Virus record (IMG/VR): IMGVR_UViG_3300006056_000037
Strand: one strand, 5' to 3'
Length of the DNA stretch: 64,000 nt
Origin: a virus
Shown here in pieces: positions 40,468-50,371 of the stretch; within the stretch, counting starts at the first letter, position 1, and each line of letters opens with the position of its first letter. Made by a program: the position numbers and the translations under genes. Below the pieces are notes generated by a model. That model had not been told where the DNA came from, ran no database searches, and saw nothing but the letters and a program-made list of their open reading frames with translations.

Positions 40468-42048
40468 TTAGAAATCTCCCTGATGCTGCGTCGGCTTGGG
40501 CGAAGGCGGAGGCACAAAGTCGTAGGCCTGCTGATACGGTCTGAACTCAGCTGGCATCATAGAAGCCCCGGTTGCGTAGCCCGGCGAACGCGTGCGTCCG
40601 CCCATGTTCCAACCGCTAGAGTACGGCGTAACGCCGGGAGTGGTTCCAGGTATTGCTGGCTTACCGGGAACTAGCGGCGGGACGTGCATCCCGGCGGCAA
40701 TCATACGCTGTTGCAAGGCCAGGGCATCGGCATTAGGATCCCCTGGGCTCTTTATACGCGACTGCAAAGTCTCCAACTGGCGCTGCAAAGCCTCTGCTTG
40801 CCGCGGTAACAGGTCAGGCGATGCCAGTTGTTTTTGCAATGACGCCGCCATCGCCTCGTCGCCGGGCTGTTTCATGGTCGTGCGAAGTGCTGCATCCAAG
40901 TGACCTCGCAAGGCTTTCTGCTGTTCCAGCATGCGAGACTGTAGCGTTGAACCGTGCTCCGGTGCGAACGGATTCAAGCCCCCGACACGGTACTGAGGGA
41001 TGTTCCACAGAGACACCCTTTCCCGGAAGTCACCTTTGATAAGCCGCTCATTGAGCTTGTTGTACCAGTCCATATTACCTGACGCCCGAGCCGATTCCAT
41101 TTCGGCCCGAAGTCGTGCTGAAGCCGTATCCGCCGCTTGACTGTTTCGTTTGAAAATCTCAGCGTGACGCGCGTAAAGTTCTGGTTTGTGTTCGTTGTAC
41201 CAGCGTTCCGACGGATTAAACCAAGTCAACGGGTTAAGTGATCGCCCAACTGTATTTTGCGCATCGTTGTATAGGTGTCCACCCGTAAAAGCTGTGCCAA
41301 GCGCCGCACCGCCGCCAAGAAGCGTTTTAGCCCCTGCACCCATACCCCCAGACCGCCCCGCTGCCGCGCGACTAGCCGCGTCGCGGCTAACAGCCCTCTG
41401 TATGGGCTCGGCGAATGGCAGATCGCTCGCATTCACGTTGCCTGTGTGTAAAGTAGCCTCTGGCACCGAGGGTCGCGGTGCCCCAGAAGGCGGAGGCATC
41501 GCTGGCGCTTGCGGTGTCTCAGGTGCGTGCATCTGCGGTGGCGGCGTAGTTGGCTTTGTTGACGGGGTACGTAGGTTGGAAAGCCAATTACGGAAACTGC
41601 CCCACCCAGGAACCCGCCCAGGAATCCTCGCTGCGGTTTTCTCCATTCGATAAATAAGGTATTCGTCCGATGCCGCTTTCGCTAACGTTGCAGCTACGGC
41701 GTTAGACGAACCGGGTGTAACGGGAGTCTGCATGTGCGGGGGGAGTTTTGGAATCGCGGTACCGGCAGTTATGCCGCCCGCTGCACTTCCAAATGCCCGA
41801 CCCATGAAACCACCACCGATAGCTCCGGTGAGACCTGCGCCGATCTTGCCCTTGGTCCCAAGGCTTTTTCCCATCAAGCTCAGTAGCGCTGCCATACCGC
41901 CAATACTACCAACGGGCGTACCGACCATACGCCCGGCAGTACGCCCGCCGTCCAACACGCCTTCTGATCGAATCTGGTGTCGCATCAACGCGTTTTGCCG
42001 AAGTGCTTCGAGTTTCGCCGTCGAGCCGACGATGTCTTCGTTACTCAT
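40468..42048 (-). CDS. Putative ejection/internal protein with glycine zippers
   Basis: AAGGAG SD; GSIGGMAAL, GAGLTGAIGGGFMG zippers; AKAAS, EKTAA. Confidence 0.5.
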   Translation of the reverse strand: MSNEDIVGSTAKLEALRQNALMRHQIRSEGVLDGGRTAGRMVGTPVGSIGGMAALLSLMGKSLGTKGKIGAGLTGAIGGGFMGRAFGSAAGGITAGTAIPKLPPHMQTPVTPGSSNAVAATLAKAASDEYLIYRMEKTAARIPGRVPGWGSFRNWLSNLRTPSTKPTTPPPQMHAPETPQAPAMPPPSGAPRPSVPEATLHTGNVNASDLPFAEPIQRAVSRDAASRAAAGRSGGMGAGAKTLLGGGAALGTAFTGGHLYNDAQNTVGRSLNPLTWFNPSERWYNEHKPELYARHAEIFKRNSQAADTASARLRAEMESARASGNMDWYNKLNERLIKGDFRERVSLWNIPQYRVGGLNPFAPEHGSTLQSRMLEQQKALRGHLDAALRTTMKQPGDEAMAASLQKQLASPDLLPRQAEALQRQLETLQSRIKSPGDPNADALALQQRMIAAGMHVPPLVPGKPAIPGTTPGVTPYSSGWNMGGRTRSPGYATGASMMPAEFRPYQQAYDFVPPPSPKPTQHQGDF

Positions 42049-42108
42049 CGTGTCTCCTTATTAACCCTGTCGAAATTATACGTTACGCCTCCCGGCCCCG
42101 CCATACCG

Positions 42109-45100
42109 TTAGTAACTAGGCCCTACCCTTTGCCGCTGTGGTACCAGCGACTCTAATCGTTGGCTTAAATCGCCTGACGGAGCTTTGAAACCTCCGATTC
42201 CTGCCGCTGGAGGTGTCAGCCCCGGTATACTGCTAAAAACATCCGGAGGAGGAGCGTACGGCGTAGCGAACGGAGAACTGACCCCGGGCTTAAGCTGCAG
42301 CCCTGCCGGCAACGTTGGAGCCGCAGGTTTGACATCATAAGCATTTCGAGCTGCTCGTTCTTCTGGCGTACGCCCGGCTCGTGCGATAGCATCTGATATC
42401 TTTGCAGCTAAGGCCGTATTGCCTGCTTTGGTTGCTTTGTCCAGTACAGGCTGAAGTTCGGCAATCCTCGCGTCTATGCTCTGCTGATACGTGGTGTCTT
42501 TTAAACTTCCACGCACGCCCGCCATGTGTAAAGGTTCGAGCTTGGTTTGCAGCCATGCGTTGAAATCATCTACATCTGCAGCGTTCGCAGTGTTGTTCAA
42601 TACCTGGTCCACCACAAATCCACCGCGCTGAGCTTTGACCGCTCGAAGCGTATCTATAGCTGAATGTTGCGACCGTGTCATTGCGGCTCGATAATCGTCT
42701 GCGAAACGGTTACCGCCGAAGGCCTTATCCCAAAAGCCCGTAGGTGCGTATTTAGCGTTCATGTCTTGAACAATCTTCTGTGTCTTCGCCAGTGTTGCTT
42801 GTTCCTCCGGCAGTAATGCCCTGCGTTGCGCTGTCTGCTGTAAGTGCTGCACCAACGCGTTGGCGTGTGCCGCCTGGGTCCAATCCGTTTGTCTTGCTTG
42901 CTGTTCGCTGGAGAAATGCGTACCAGTCGCGTCGCCGGCCACTGTAGCGGCAGCTCCGATGTTCTGTCCTGGGTTAATAAGATCATCCAACCGGTTGTCC
43001 GCCCAACCCAACAAGCTTTCTGTGGGTTTCATCTTATGCTCGAACTTAGCCCGCAACTCGTCCTCCGGCGTGTTCATAGTTCTGTAGATTTCCATCCCAG
43101 TACCAACCAGCGGAAATCCTTTCATCGCCGCACCTAAACCGCGACCAAAGCGACTTGTCGCTGCGTCCTCTAGTTTCTTCACAATGGGATTTCGAAACCC
43201 TGGTACCTTGTTTAACACGGGAACCTTAGTCGCTAAGTTCTGCAACCCACGAAACGTCGGCTTGATCACAGGATTCGTAATTATGCGAGAGAATGCGCTG
43301 GAAGTAACTGGGGACGCGAAAGCTCCCAGAGACTTACGCCACCACGTGTTATCGCCTCGTGCCTCTTGCAAAAGTTCATAATCAGATATGTCTCCTTCCG
43401 GTTGAACGTTTTGCTTCAGATGCTGCATTACTTCGTCATCGCTGATCCCCTTCGTTTTGAACTGCTGTAAATCCTTAAGCTGTTGCTCTGCTTTGGCGAT
43501 ATCCGGATGCGCCGGATTGTTCGCTTTCATGTCCGTAACAATTGCGTGCAACTCTACAATTGCTTTGTCGACATCGCCGCCTATCGTTTCTACGACCTGA
43601 TTTCTCAGTTTAGCGCGTACTTCTTCAAATTTCGGCTGTCCGGCCACATACCCGTTTTTAGCTAGCAAGTGTCCGCGTTTGGTTAGATCAAACATCTTGG
43701 CCTGAACCTCCGCGTCCGTAGCGTTAGCCCCCAAAGTTTGTTTGACCGCATCGAACTCCGCATTGCCCGGTTGCCATCCAGCGGTTTGCGCAAACTGCCG
43801 TTTAAGTGCGTCCGGATGCGTCATGCCTTGCACATTAGACGCAGGGAGTGCGGGAAGTGCTGGCGGTGCCGGAGTCTTAGGCATGATGCTTAGGTTGGGC
43901 TTGTAGTTCGGAACAATCGCGTCGTCGTAGCCCATTAGTGAGTCACGTTCGCCGGACGTTTCGCCGGGTAGCGGTTTACCTTGGTTTGTTAACGTCGCTA
44001 CATCGCCTTGACTTAGCAACGAGCCAAAGCGAGCTACATCGCCGAAGTCACCACCGAACCCAGAACCTGGACGCTGTGGGTCACCTCCCCCTGCCACAAA
44101 CTGTGCAGCCATTTCAGGTGAATCAAGTTTCGTAAACAACCCGTCACCTTGCGTAGCAGAACCATTGGCCTGGCCTGCCTGGGGATAGTTCGGACTATTG
44201 TCGTTCAGGCCGCGTGCCCACGGATTTTCCGATAGCATACCGGGGGCCAAGCGTCCGGGGTGTATTTGTCCGGGGGCCGCGGGCGTTGTTGGGGTACCTG
44301 GAGGGCCGCTTACAGGAGCCTGCGGTGCCGGTGCTGCAGGAGTTGGTTGTGGCGTATTGGAAGCCAAAGGTCCCTGCGGAGCGTGAGGCAACCCACCACC
44401 GGGTAGGTAAGAAGGTGTGTGTGCTGCTGGGGGTGCAGCAACAGGATTACGTGTAGCCGTAGACGGAGCTGCTGTGGAGCTGCCCATACTGGCCGGTGTG
44501 GTTGTATCTACTTTAGGTGCTGCAGCGAGCCGTGCCCGCTTAATAAACATGTGCGCTTCGGCTATGAGCTCGTCTTTGGATCGCTTAAACAACCCGGAGA
44601 AACTAGCTGCTGGTTTAGGTTGTTCTTGTTTCTTCTGAGGTTGTGGGACGTCCAAAGCTTGCGTCGGCTTAGGCGTTGCACGCGGATCGCCAAACGGTTG
44701 CCCTTCTGGAGGAAGCTTATAGCCGGGCTCTGCTGGACGCACAGCACCCACCCGACCAAAATCGACAGCACGTGCCAGTCCCGGCACAAAGCTTGTTCCC
44801 AGCTCGTCCGAGATAGCCCCGTGATGCGTCGCATCCAGTAACGAAGCTTTAAGCCCGGACCCGTACATACGAGTCATCCAGTCCGGATCGTGCTGCAGCG
44901 AATACATGCCACGAATCATGTTCGACTGAAACGGTGCGGGGTCTTTGTGTACCGCGACTTCTTGCACGCCGAAATGCTGAAGTTCTTTAAGAACGGAAGG
45001 GCGTACTTTCGTGCCAATTGAATAGTGAAGTACGGGGCGCTCGAGGTATTTGCCGACAGCTCGCTTAGGGTCAACAACCTCGTGCCCTTCTCGTGGCTCG

Positions 45101-46584
45101 TAAAGATGTTCCATGGTGGAATACGGAACGACGTCGTCCGGCACGTGATCACCGTATTCGTCTGTAAGCTTGACGTGGTTGATGAGTCCCCGGGCCAAGA
45201 GTTCCACGTTGCGACGGTCCACACGCATCCCAGCATCCCGCATTGCCTGCCGGAATGTGTTAACAAAGTACCGTTTACCTTCGCCAACACCTTTGTGCTC
45301 TGTAATGATCGCTGGATTAGGGAACCCGCTGGTTAAAGTGTCTCCGGCTTCTACTGCGTCCCCTTTCTTGACCTTTAACTCTGCATCTGCAGGAACGTAG
45401 TGTCGCTTATCGTCGACCCAGACGTAGCTACCACCGGCAGGTGCTGGCTCAATTATGGACACGGTACCGTCGTGCTCTGAATGAACCGCCCCACCTTTAA
45501 ATACTTTCGGGACCTGAATTAGCTGGTTGATATACGCAAAACCACCCACCGCTTTTTCTTGTCCGGCGACACCTCCGGAGTGTTTAGCCGAAAGTTGCCC
45601 CTGAGCCAACGGTTCCGAAAGAGCCTGTGCAGCCGTAAGCCCTACTTGTTCACCTCGCCCCGGAAGCAATCCACGTTCTCGCACCCCAACATCTCTGGCA
45701 TAAACACCGCCATCCGGAGAACCGCCAACCAAAGGGCTACGCACCAGGATACGGTCGTGTCCCAGGCCTTTGATGTGTTTTAGAATCTTAGGCGTGAGCA
45801 CCGTGTTCCGTTTGTACGGACCGATGTCTTTGGCCAGAAGTGCACCTTCGTTATCTCCGTCATCCGTATCCACAGGTAAGCCGCGATCCGGAATGTCCCG
45901 CTCGTCTTCTTCTCCAACCACCATGAGCCGATGCGATACCTGATTCAGCTGTTTGCTTAAGAACCCGGCGTCCTGTGTCGCAAACTTCGTTGCCATGGTC
46001 CCACGACGTGCACCGTACATACCGGCCCAGTATTCCATGGGCTTTAAACCCTCGCTGTAACTAGACAGCACGGGAAGCGGAATCACCTCGTCTCGGTGAT
46101 CGGAATACAGCATGTCGCCACCAAGCAACGATCCCAGGTTCATTTTGTTTCCGCGAGAACCGGAGACAACTTGCATGGCGATAGGATTGTTAGACTTCAC
46201 GGCTTCGTCGTAAATGTCGTCGATCTGCTTCTGCTGATAGGATCCTACGGTTTTAACGATTAGCTGCTTTCGCTGCTCTGGAGTTAAATCGTCGTTACCC
46301 AAGATCTGCTGCATTTTCTTCTGAATCGCCAATCTGTTCGTTTTCGCCGCAGCAGACGTACGCAAGTGTTCCAGCCCGAACGTGTATCCGCCAAACTCCA
46401 TAGCGGCAGTACGTCCAATGTCGCTAAGTTTCTTAGAGACCTCAACGTACTTATCTGGGTGTTTCTCTGCGAGTTCTCGCAAAAGTTGGTTGATGCCCTT
46501 CTTGTCCAACACGCGATTATCGTCTCGCATGTCTTCCGGCAAAGCTTGGTTCACCAATAGGCGTCCCATAGTAGTTCGTGGCAT
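42109..46584 (-). CDS. rpoC: Phage RNA polymerase beta' C-terminal subunit with ~800-aa C-terminal extension
   Basis: TTMGRLLVN; NNPIAMQVVSGSRGN; bridge helix GARRGTMATKFATQDAGFLSKQL; trigger loop GEQVGLTAAQALSEPLAQGQLSAKHSGG. Confidence 0.9.
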   Translation of the reverse strand: MPRTTMGRLLVNQALPEDMRDDNRVLDKKGINQLLRELAEKHPDKYVEVSKKLSDIGRTAAMEFGGYTFGLEHLRTSAAAKTNRLAIQKKMQQILGNDDLTPEQRKQLIVKTVGSYQQKQIDDIYDEAVKSNNPIAMQVVSGSRGNKMNLGSLLGGDMLYSDHRDEVIPLPVLSSYSEGLKPMEYWAGMYGARRGTMATKFATQDAGFLSKQLNQVSHRLMVVGEEDERDIPDRGLPVDTDDGDNEGALLAKDIGPYKRNTVLTPKILKHIKGLGHDRILVRSPLVGGSPDGGVYARDVGVRERGLLPGRGEQVGLTAAQALSEPLAQGQLSAKHSGGVAGQEKAVGGFAYINQLIQVPKVFKGGAVHSEHDGTVSIIEPAPAGGSYVWVDDKRHYVPADAELKVKKGDAVEAGDTLTSGFPNPAIITEHKGVGEGKRYFVNTFRQAMRDAGMRVDRRNVELLARGLINHVKLTDEYGDHVPDDVVPYSTMEHLYEPREGHEVVDPKRAVGKYLERPVLHYSIGTKVRPSVLKELQHFGVQEVAVHKDPAPFQSNMIRGMYSLQHDPDWMTRMYGSGLKASLLDATHHGAISDELGTSFVPGLARAVDFGRVGAVRPAEPGYKLPPEGQPFGDPRATPKPTQALDVPQPQKKQEQPKPAASFSGLFKRSKDELIAEAHMFIKRARLAAAPKVDTTTPASMGSSTAAPSTATRNPVAAPPAAHTPSYLPGGGLPHAPQGPLASNTPQPTPAAPAPQAPVSGPPGTPTTPAAPGQIHPGRLAPGMLSENPWARGLNDNSPNYPQAGQANGSATQGDGLFTKLDSPEMAAQFVAGGGDPQRPGSGFGGDFGDVARFGSLLSQGDVATLTNQGKPLPGETSGERDSLMGYDDAIVPNYKPNLSIMPKTPAPPALPALPASNVQGMTHPDALKRQFAQTAGWQPGNAEFDAVKQTLGANATDAEVQAKMFDLTKRGHLLAKNGYVAGQPKFEEVRAKLRNQVVETIGGDVDKAIVELHAIVTDMKANNPAHPDIAKAEQQLKDLQQFKTKGISDDEVMQHLKQNVQPEGDISDYELLQEARGDNTWWRKSLGAFASPVTSSAFSRIITNPVIKPTFRGLQNLATKVPVLNKVPGFRNPIVKKLEDAATSRFGRGLGAAMKGFPLVGTGMEIYRTMNTPEDELRAKFEHKMKPTESLLGWADNRLDDLINPGQNIGAAATVAGDATGTHFSSEQQARQTDWTQAAHANALVQHLQQTAQRRALLPEEQATLAKTQKIVQDMNAKYAPTGFWDKAFGGNRFADDYRAAMTRSQHSAIDTLRAVKAQRGGFVVDQVLNNTANAADVDDFNAWLQTKLEPLHMAGVRGSLKDTTYQQSIDARIAELQPVLDKATKAGNTALAAKISDAIARAGRTPEERAARNAYDVKPAAPTLPAGLQLKPGVSSPFATPYAPPPDVFSSIPGLTPPAAGIGGFKAPSGDLSQRLESLVPQRQRVGPSY

Positions 46585-46609
46585 CCTTGCACCTTCTACA
46601 AACGGATAT

Positions 46610-46633
46610 GATTTAAAAAGTGGTTTTTAGATT
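46610..46633 (+). repeat. 24-bp dyad motif copy 6 (upstream of beta'C start)
   Basis: GATTTAAAAA-GTGG-TTTTTAGATT, adjacent to the hairpin CACAGCAGGGA...TCCCTGCTGTG. Confidence 0.9.
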
Positions 46634-46671
46634 CACAGCAGGGACATCACATCCCTGCTGTGTCTGGCCTG

Positions 46672-47301
46672 CTAGTCAGCTTCGTCGTCATCCGAAGTAT
46701 CCACTACCGTCGGCGATACTGCGGAGGAGTTAACTGTGTCATTTGTGTCTTCTTCGTCTGGCGTATCGCTGTTCAGAAACGCCAAAGGATCGTCCGGCGT
46801 TCCCACATCCGCCCGCTTCGTGGTAGTAGGCGTCGGTACCGGTAAAGCTGCCGCACGAGCTTGCGAGAAACTTAGCGTCACGTCGTTGTACATTTCTTCG
46901 TTGATGTCTTGCCGCGTAACAGCCAGCTCCAGAGCTGTGCGGAAACGTTGTAGCAATTTCTGATCTCCCGCTTTGATGTACACGACTTGTTTCGCGTCAC
47001 TTTCTCGTAGCCGCGAGCAAAGGCGTTCCAACACGGGCTGAACATCGCCAGCACTGTTAACAAGAAGCAAGTCAGATCCGCGATTCTGTGGAACCTGCGG
47101 TGCAGCAACGCTCTGCCTGTCGCGGACACGAGAAATTTCGCTACGAGCAGCTGTCGGCGTCCCTAAAGCCGACACGTTGCCCGATGCGTAGATCTTATCT
47201 GTGGAACGATCGTCGTCCCAGGATAAGGGTTTCCGTCGCGACGTATTTGCACCTTTTGTCTCACCAGCCATGAACAACTCCTTAACTTCTGGGTCCGGCA
47301 A
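46672..47301 (-). CDS. Hypothetical protein with acidic C-terminus
   Basis: Operon-oriented ORF; likely start MAGETK after AAGGAG. Confidence 0.55.
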   Translation of the reverse strand: MPDPEVKELFMAGETKGANTSRRKPLSWDDDRSTDKIYASGNVSALGTPTAARSEISRVRDRQSVAAPQVPQNRGSDLLLVNSAGDVQPVLERLCSRLRESDAKQVVYIKAGDQKLLQRFRTALELAVTRQDINEEMYNDVTLSFSQARAAALPVPTPTTTKRADVGTPDDPLAFLNSDTPDEEDTNDTVNSSAVSPTVVDTSDDDEAD

Positions 47302-47548
47302 TCAACCGCATACCTGGATCTGGTTTAGGTAGCACGAGCTTGTCGATTACAACGGTTTTCTCGATGCCCAACGTTTTGAGCATCCGAAGAAAATCAGCAC
47401 AGCCAACACAACTAACCGCGATTGTACTGTCGGGGCCGTAAACAGCCCCGACGGACACCGGCGTATCCAGGTCATTTAGCACTACGAACTCACTGACTTC
47501 GAGTACTAAAGGTGCCCCGCCTATTCGTGGTATAAGCTTGATTCGCAT
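47282..47548 (-). CDS. Small hypothetical protein
   Basis: Start overlaps the upstream stop (TAATG). Confidence 0.55.
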   Translation of the reverse strand: MRIKLIPRIGGAPLVLEVSEFVVLNDLDTPVSVGAVYGPDSTIAVSCVGCADFLRMLKTLGIEKTVVIDKLVLPKPDPGMRLIAGPRS

Positions 47549-48255
47549 TACTCTTGTCCGCGTTTCCGCAACCTTGCAATAGCTGCGGCTTTGTTATGCA
47601 TAAGGGTCAGGTTTTTTGTGTCAAAAGCCACACCGTTTCCGCGGTAGCTTCCACGGTAGTTGCTCATCTTCTCTCCGCCCGGAGAACCGGCCCCTTGCAT
47701 AGGATCGATCCCGGGCATCTGGCCTATGGCCCCACCTCCGCCACCGCCGCCTCCGCCACCACCAGATGCCGTTGATTGCCCGTTTGCCATAGCCGTCAGT
47801 TTTTCCGGAGTGGCTACCATATCTTGCGCCGGAATCGAGACATTTAAAGCGTCAGCAATTTTTGCCAAGATATTTTTTATTTGCATAATCTCGACGTTTA
47901 CGTCGATCTTAGGCTTCAGACCCCCACCTGCCCCGGCACCGCCGCCACCTGCGCCACCGCCACCAGCCATCTGTTGTTGCATTTGCTGCATTTGCTGCAT
48001 CAGCTGATCAATCCGTGGGTCGCTAGGTGGAGGCCCACCTCCTCCGCCGCTAGGATCACCACCCATACCGGGAGGAGGGCCACCCATGCCTCCGCTCGGG
48101 TCACCTCCCATCCCACCGCTAGGATCGCCACCGGCTCCGCCACTAGGATCGCCGCCAGGCACAAACCCAAGTTTATGGAATCCACCGCCGGCTTGTCGGA
48201 TCATCCGAAGCAGTTCGGGGTTAATAACGTGATCCACGTCAAATACTTCGCTCAT
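47548..48255 (-). CDS. Gly/Pro/Met/Gln-rich disordered protein with GGDPSGG repeats
   Basis: ATG 48255 after AAGGAG; four GGDPSGG units, a QQM tract and poly-Gly. Confidence 0.6.
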   Translation of the reverse strand: MSEVFDVDHVINPELLRMIRQAGGGFHKLGFVPGGDPSGGAGGDPSGGMGGDPSGGMGGPPPGMGGDPSGGGGGPPPSDPRIDQLMQQMQQMQQQMAGGGGAGGGGAGAGGGLKPKIDVNVEIMQIKNILAKIADALNVSIPAQDMVATPEKLTAMANGQSTASGGGGGGGGGGGAIGQMPGIDPMQGAGSPGGEKMSNYRGSYRGNGVAFDTKNLTLMHNKAAAIARLRKRGQE

Positions 48256-48320
48256 TGGAACTCCTTTTCCTTTCCCGTTTCTGCTTACAGTGTAAGCGGA
48301 AAGAACTATACGCAACAAGC

Positions 48321-50072
48321 CTACTCAATAGTCTGAATATCTGCGTCTGCCGTTATCTCCCCACGGGCGTAACTTTTCAGCGCGTCTTCGTTATTGCGGA
48401 AAACACGTGTGTGCCTCTTTTTCTTTCCGTGGTCATGTTGGCGTGTCGCGTGGTAAAGCCCAGCAAGATATTGTTGCCCCGGTTTATGCACCGGGCTCTT
48501 AAAGTCTGCCGGGCTTAGCAACGAACGACTGGGGAGTAATTTATCGTACGCTTCCTTAACCGCTTCATCCGTCATAGGCACGTGAAACTGCATAGCGTCC
48601 CCGTCGAAGTCTGCATTGAAACCTCCGACGATCAAAGGACTGACTTGCATCACGTTCCCTTTAACCAGTTTTGGCCGGAACGCCATAATACCGAATTTGT
48701 GAAGCACAGGAGCCCGGTTAATAAACACGGGGCGAACTTCCATCTCTTCTTGCAGAACATCTCTCGCTAGCGGTGTTTGCTCCTTCACGTGATGCAAGGC
48801 CGCACGCATGTCCATCCCTTTTCGCTTCAAACGCCGTACAATTGCGCGACGGTAAACTTGGAAAGCCTGATTCTCCGGAATACCGACTGTATCCATGTCG
48901 TAATCCGGGTTTGGTGTAATTACCGCACGGCCAACCGAATCCACAGTTGAAGACACAAGCTTACGTTGCACCGTACCGAACTTAGGCGAGTTCCCGAATA
49001 TGGTTTTGAGAACGCCCTTAACCCCTTTCTCTTGCAGTTTTGGGTGCACAGGGTCGCCAAGCCCAGTAACAGCTTTGAACGCGTGATAGATCGCCAATCG
49101 CTCATTACCTATGTCGGCATCGCCAACTTGCCCTTTCAGGTCTTTGTAGTTGTTGTTCGCATCAAGCAACTCTTTGTACAAGTAATTAGCGTCCGCAATA
49201 AGCGGGATGCCGCTCTCACCCATAAGGCTAACCGGACGGAACGTAGGAGGAAGTACAGGCACCTTGTCGAGCACCCATTCCCGCGGATGCAGATTCAATC
49301 GCTTAGCTGACTTCAAAAAGCCCCAACGTCGCACAGCCGCGTCTCTCGCCGAAGCCTTCCCAGAATAGAACTGAGCTTTCGCAGTCGCTATCTCTTTATC
49401 GATGTCGATATTGTCCAGAGCCTTGTAGATGGCCTGGGGACCTGTCCCATACCCGGAGACCTCGTGATCTCCTTTTAACGTAGCTTCGTATTGTTTTCCC
49501 GTGAGCCCCAGCAACCGGCGTATTGGCTCCTCCATTACAGGATTCGGCAAAGGCTCCGGCAAGCGAATGAAGCTCCAACGTTTGCCGTGGTGACCGCCGG
49601 TAAGTGCGTCGTCAAACAACCCACCTTTGATCGGCTTAAGATCCTTGTCGAAGTGCACTGTCTCCCCTGACGTGATCTCACGATCTCCCGCAAGAGTATC
49701 CACGTCTTTACGCGTCATAGCCATAAGCTGCGTCTGGTAGCCGTCACGCACGACGTTGATACCAGCAGACTGCAGCTGTGCTATGAACTTCTCGTAGACC
49801 TTTGGTACTCGCGGCTTGCCAGGAGAGTGCCCGGACAGAAACTGCATAAGCAAGTCTTCGTTCTTCTGTCCCCGGTACGCTCCAGCATCCCGACTGATTT
49901 CAGTAGCTCCGTGGGACAGAAGCGCGTTAACGTCAAGCAACGCAATACGCTTGGAGTTCGACACAACAACTCCTGCTTCTAACTTGTACAGGTGGGTGTT
50001 GTCGACAGTTATGTCGTAGACCGGCACAAGCGTCGCGTCTGTGACGTACGGTGTGACTGATTTAACCTGCAT
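48321..50072 (-). CDS. rpoC: Split-intein C-half + RNAP beta C-terminus + RNAP beta' N-terminal catalytic half
   Basis: ATG 50072 after GGAGGAGG; IntC ending VVVSN|S; SKRIALLDVNALLSHGA (beta C-terminus); VPVLPPTFRP, VDSVGRAVITP, NRAPVLHKFGIMAF, GFNADFDGDAM catalytic motif. Confidence 0.9.
   Translation of the reverse strand: MQVKSVTPYVTDATLVPVYDITVDNTHLYKLEAGVVVSNSKRIALLDVNALLSHGATEISRDAGAYRGQKNEDLLMQFLSGHSPGKPRVPKVYEKFIAQLQSAGINVVRDGYQTQLMAMTRKDVDTLAGDREITSGETVHFDKDLKPIKGGLFDDALTGGHHGKRWSFIRLPEPLPNPVMEEPIRRLLGLTGKQYEATLKGDHEVSGYGTGPQAIYKALDNIDIDKEIATAKAQFYSGKASARDAAVRRWGFLKSAKRLNLHPREWVLDKVPVLPPTFRPVSLMGESGIPLIADANYLYKELLDANNNYKDLKGQVGDADIGNERLAIYHAFKAVTGLGDPVHPKLQEKGVKGVLKTIFGNSPKFGTVQRKLVSSTVDSVGRAVITPNPDYDMDTVGIPENQAFQVYRRAIVRRLKRKGMDMRAALHHVKEQTPLARDVLQEEMEVRPVFINRAPVLHKFGIMAFRPKLVKGNVMQVSPLIVGGFNADFDGDAMQFHVPMTDEAVKEAYDKLLPSRSLLSPADFKSPVHKPGQQYLAGLYHATRQHDHGKKKRHTRVFRNNEDALKSYARGEITADADIQTIE
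49956..50072 (-). mobile_element. Split intein C-terminal half (39 aa)
   Basis: MQVKSV...VPVYDITVDNTHLYKLEAGVVVSN followed by Ser+1; block F VYDITV..TH.Y and terminal Asn. Confidence 0.85.
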
Positions 50073-50370
50073 TGCGTCCTCCTCCGAAGTTGCTGTATCT
50101 CGCGCGCATGCGGTCCCACCAATTGCGTAGCATGGTACTAGCTTTATTGGTGATGGAGGTTCTTGCTTGCTCGCGATACCCAAGCTCGCGTTGCGGTACT
50201 TTAGGAACCGGTGGCTTGTATGAGAGTATCCCTGTACGAATTCCTCCGTACAATGGAGCCTTACCTGCGCCACCCATAGCGGTGTCGCCTATCGGACTTT
50301 GTGGTACGTCCTCTGCCATCTTTACGCGAAGAGCCGCAGCACGTACGGCCAAAAGGTCTAAACCGTCCAT
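50062..50370 (-). CDS. Small protein between the split-intein halves
   Basis: GGAGG SD, ATG 1 nt after the beta stop; its stop overlaps the IntC start region; VKMAE motif; no nuclease motif visible. Confidence 0.6.
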   Translation of the reverse strand: MDGLDLLAVRAAALRVKMAEDVPQSPIGDTAMGGAGKAPLYGGIRTGILSYKPPVPKVPQRELGYREQARTSITNKASTMLRNWWDRMRARYSNFGGGRNAG

Positions 50371-50371
50371 G

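Noticed and set aside
50073..50273. ORF-track start at 50273 for the beta'(N) gene (MAQVRLH...)
   Set aside because: It overlaps the 50062..50370 gene; ATG 50072 has a GGAGGAGG SD and begins exactly at the intein C-half
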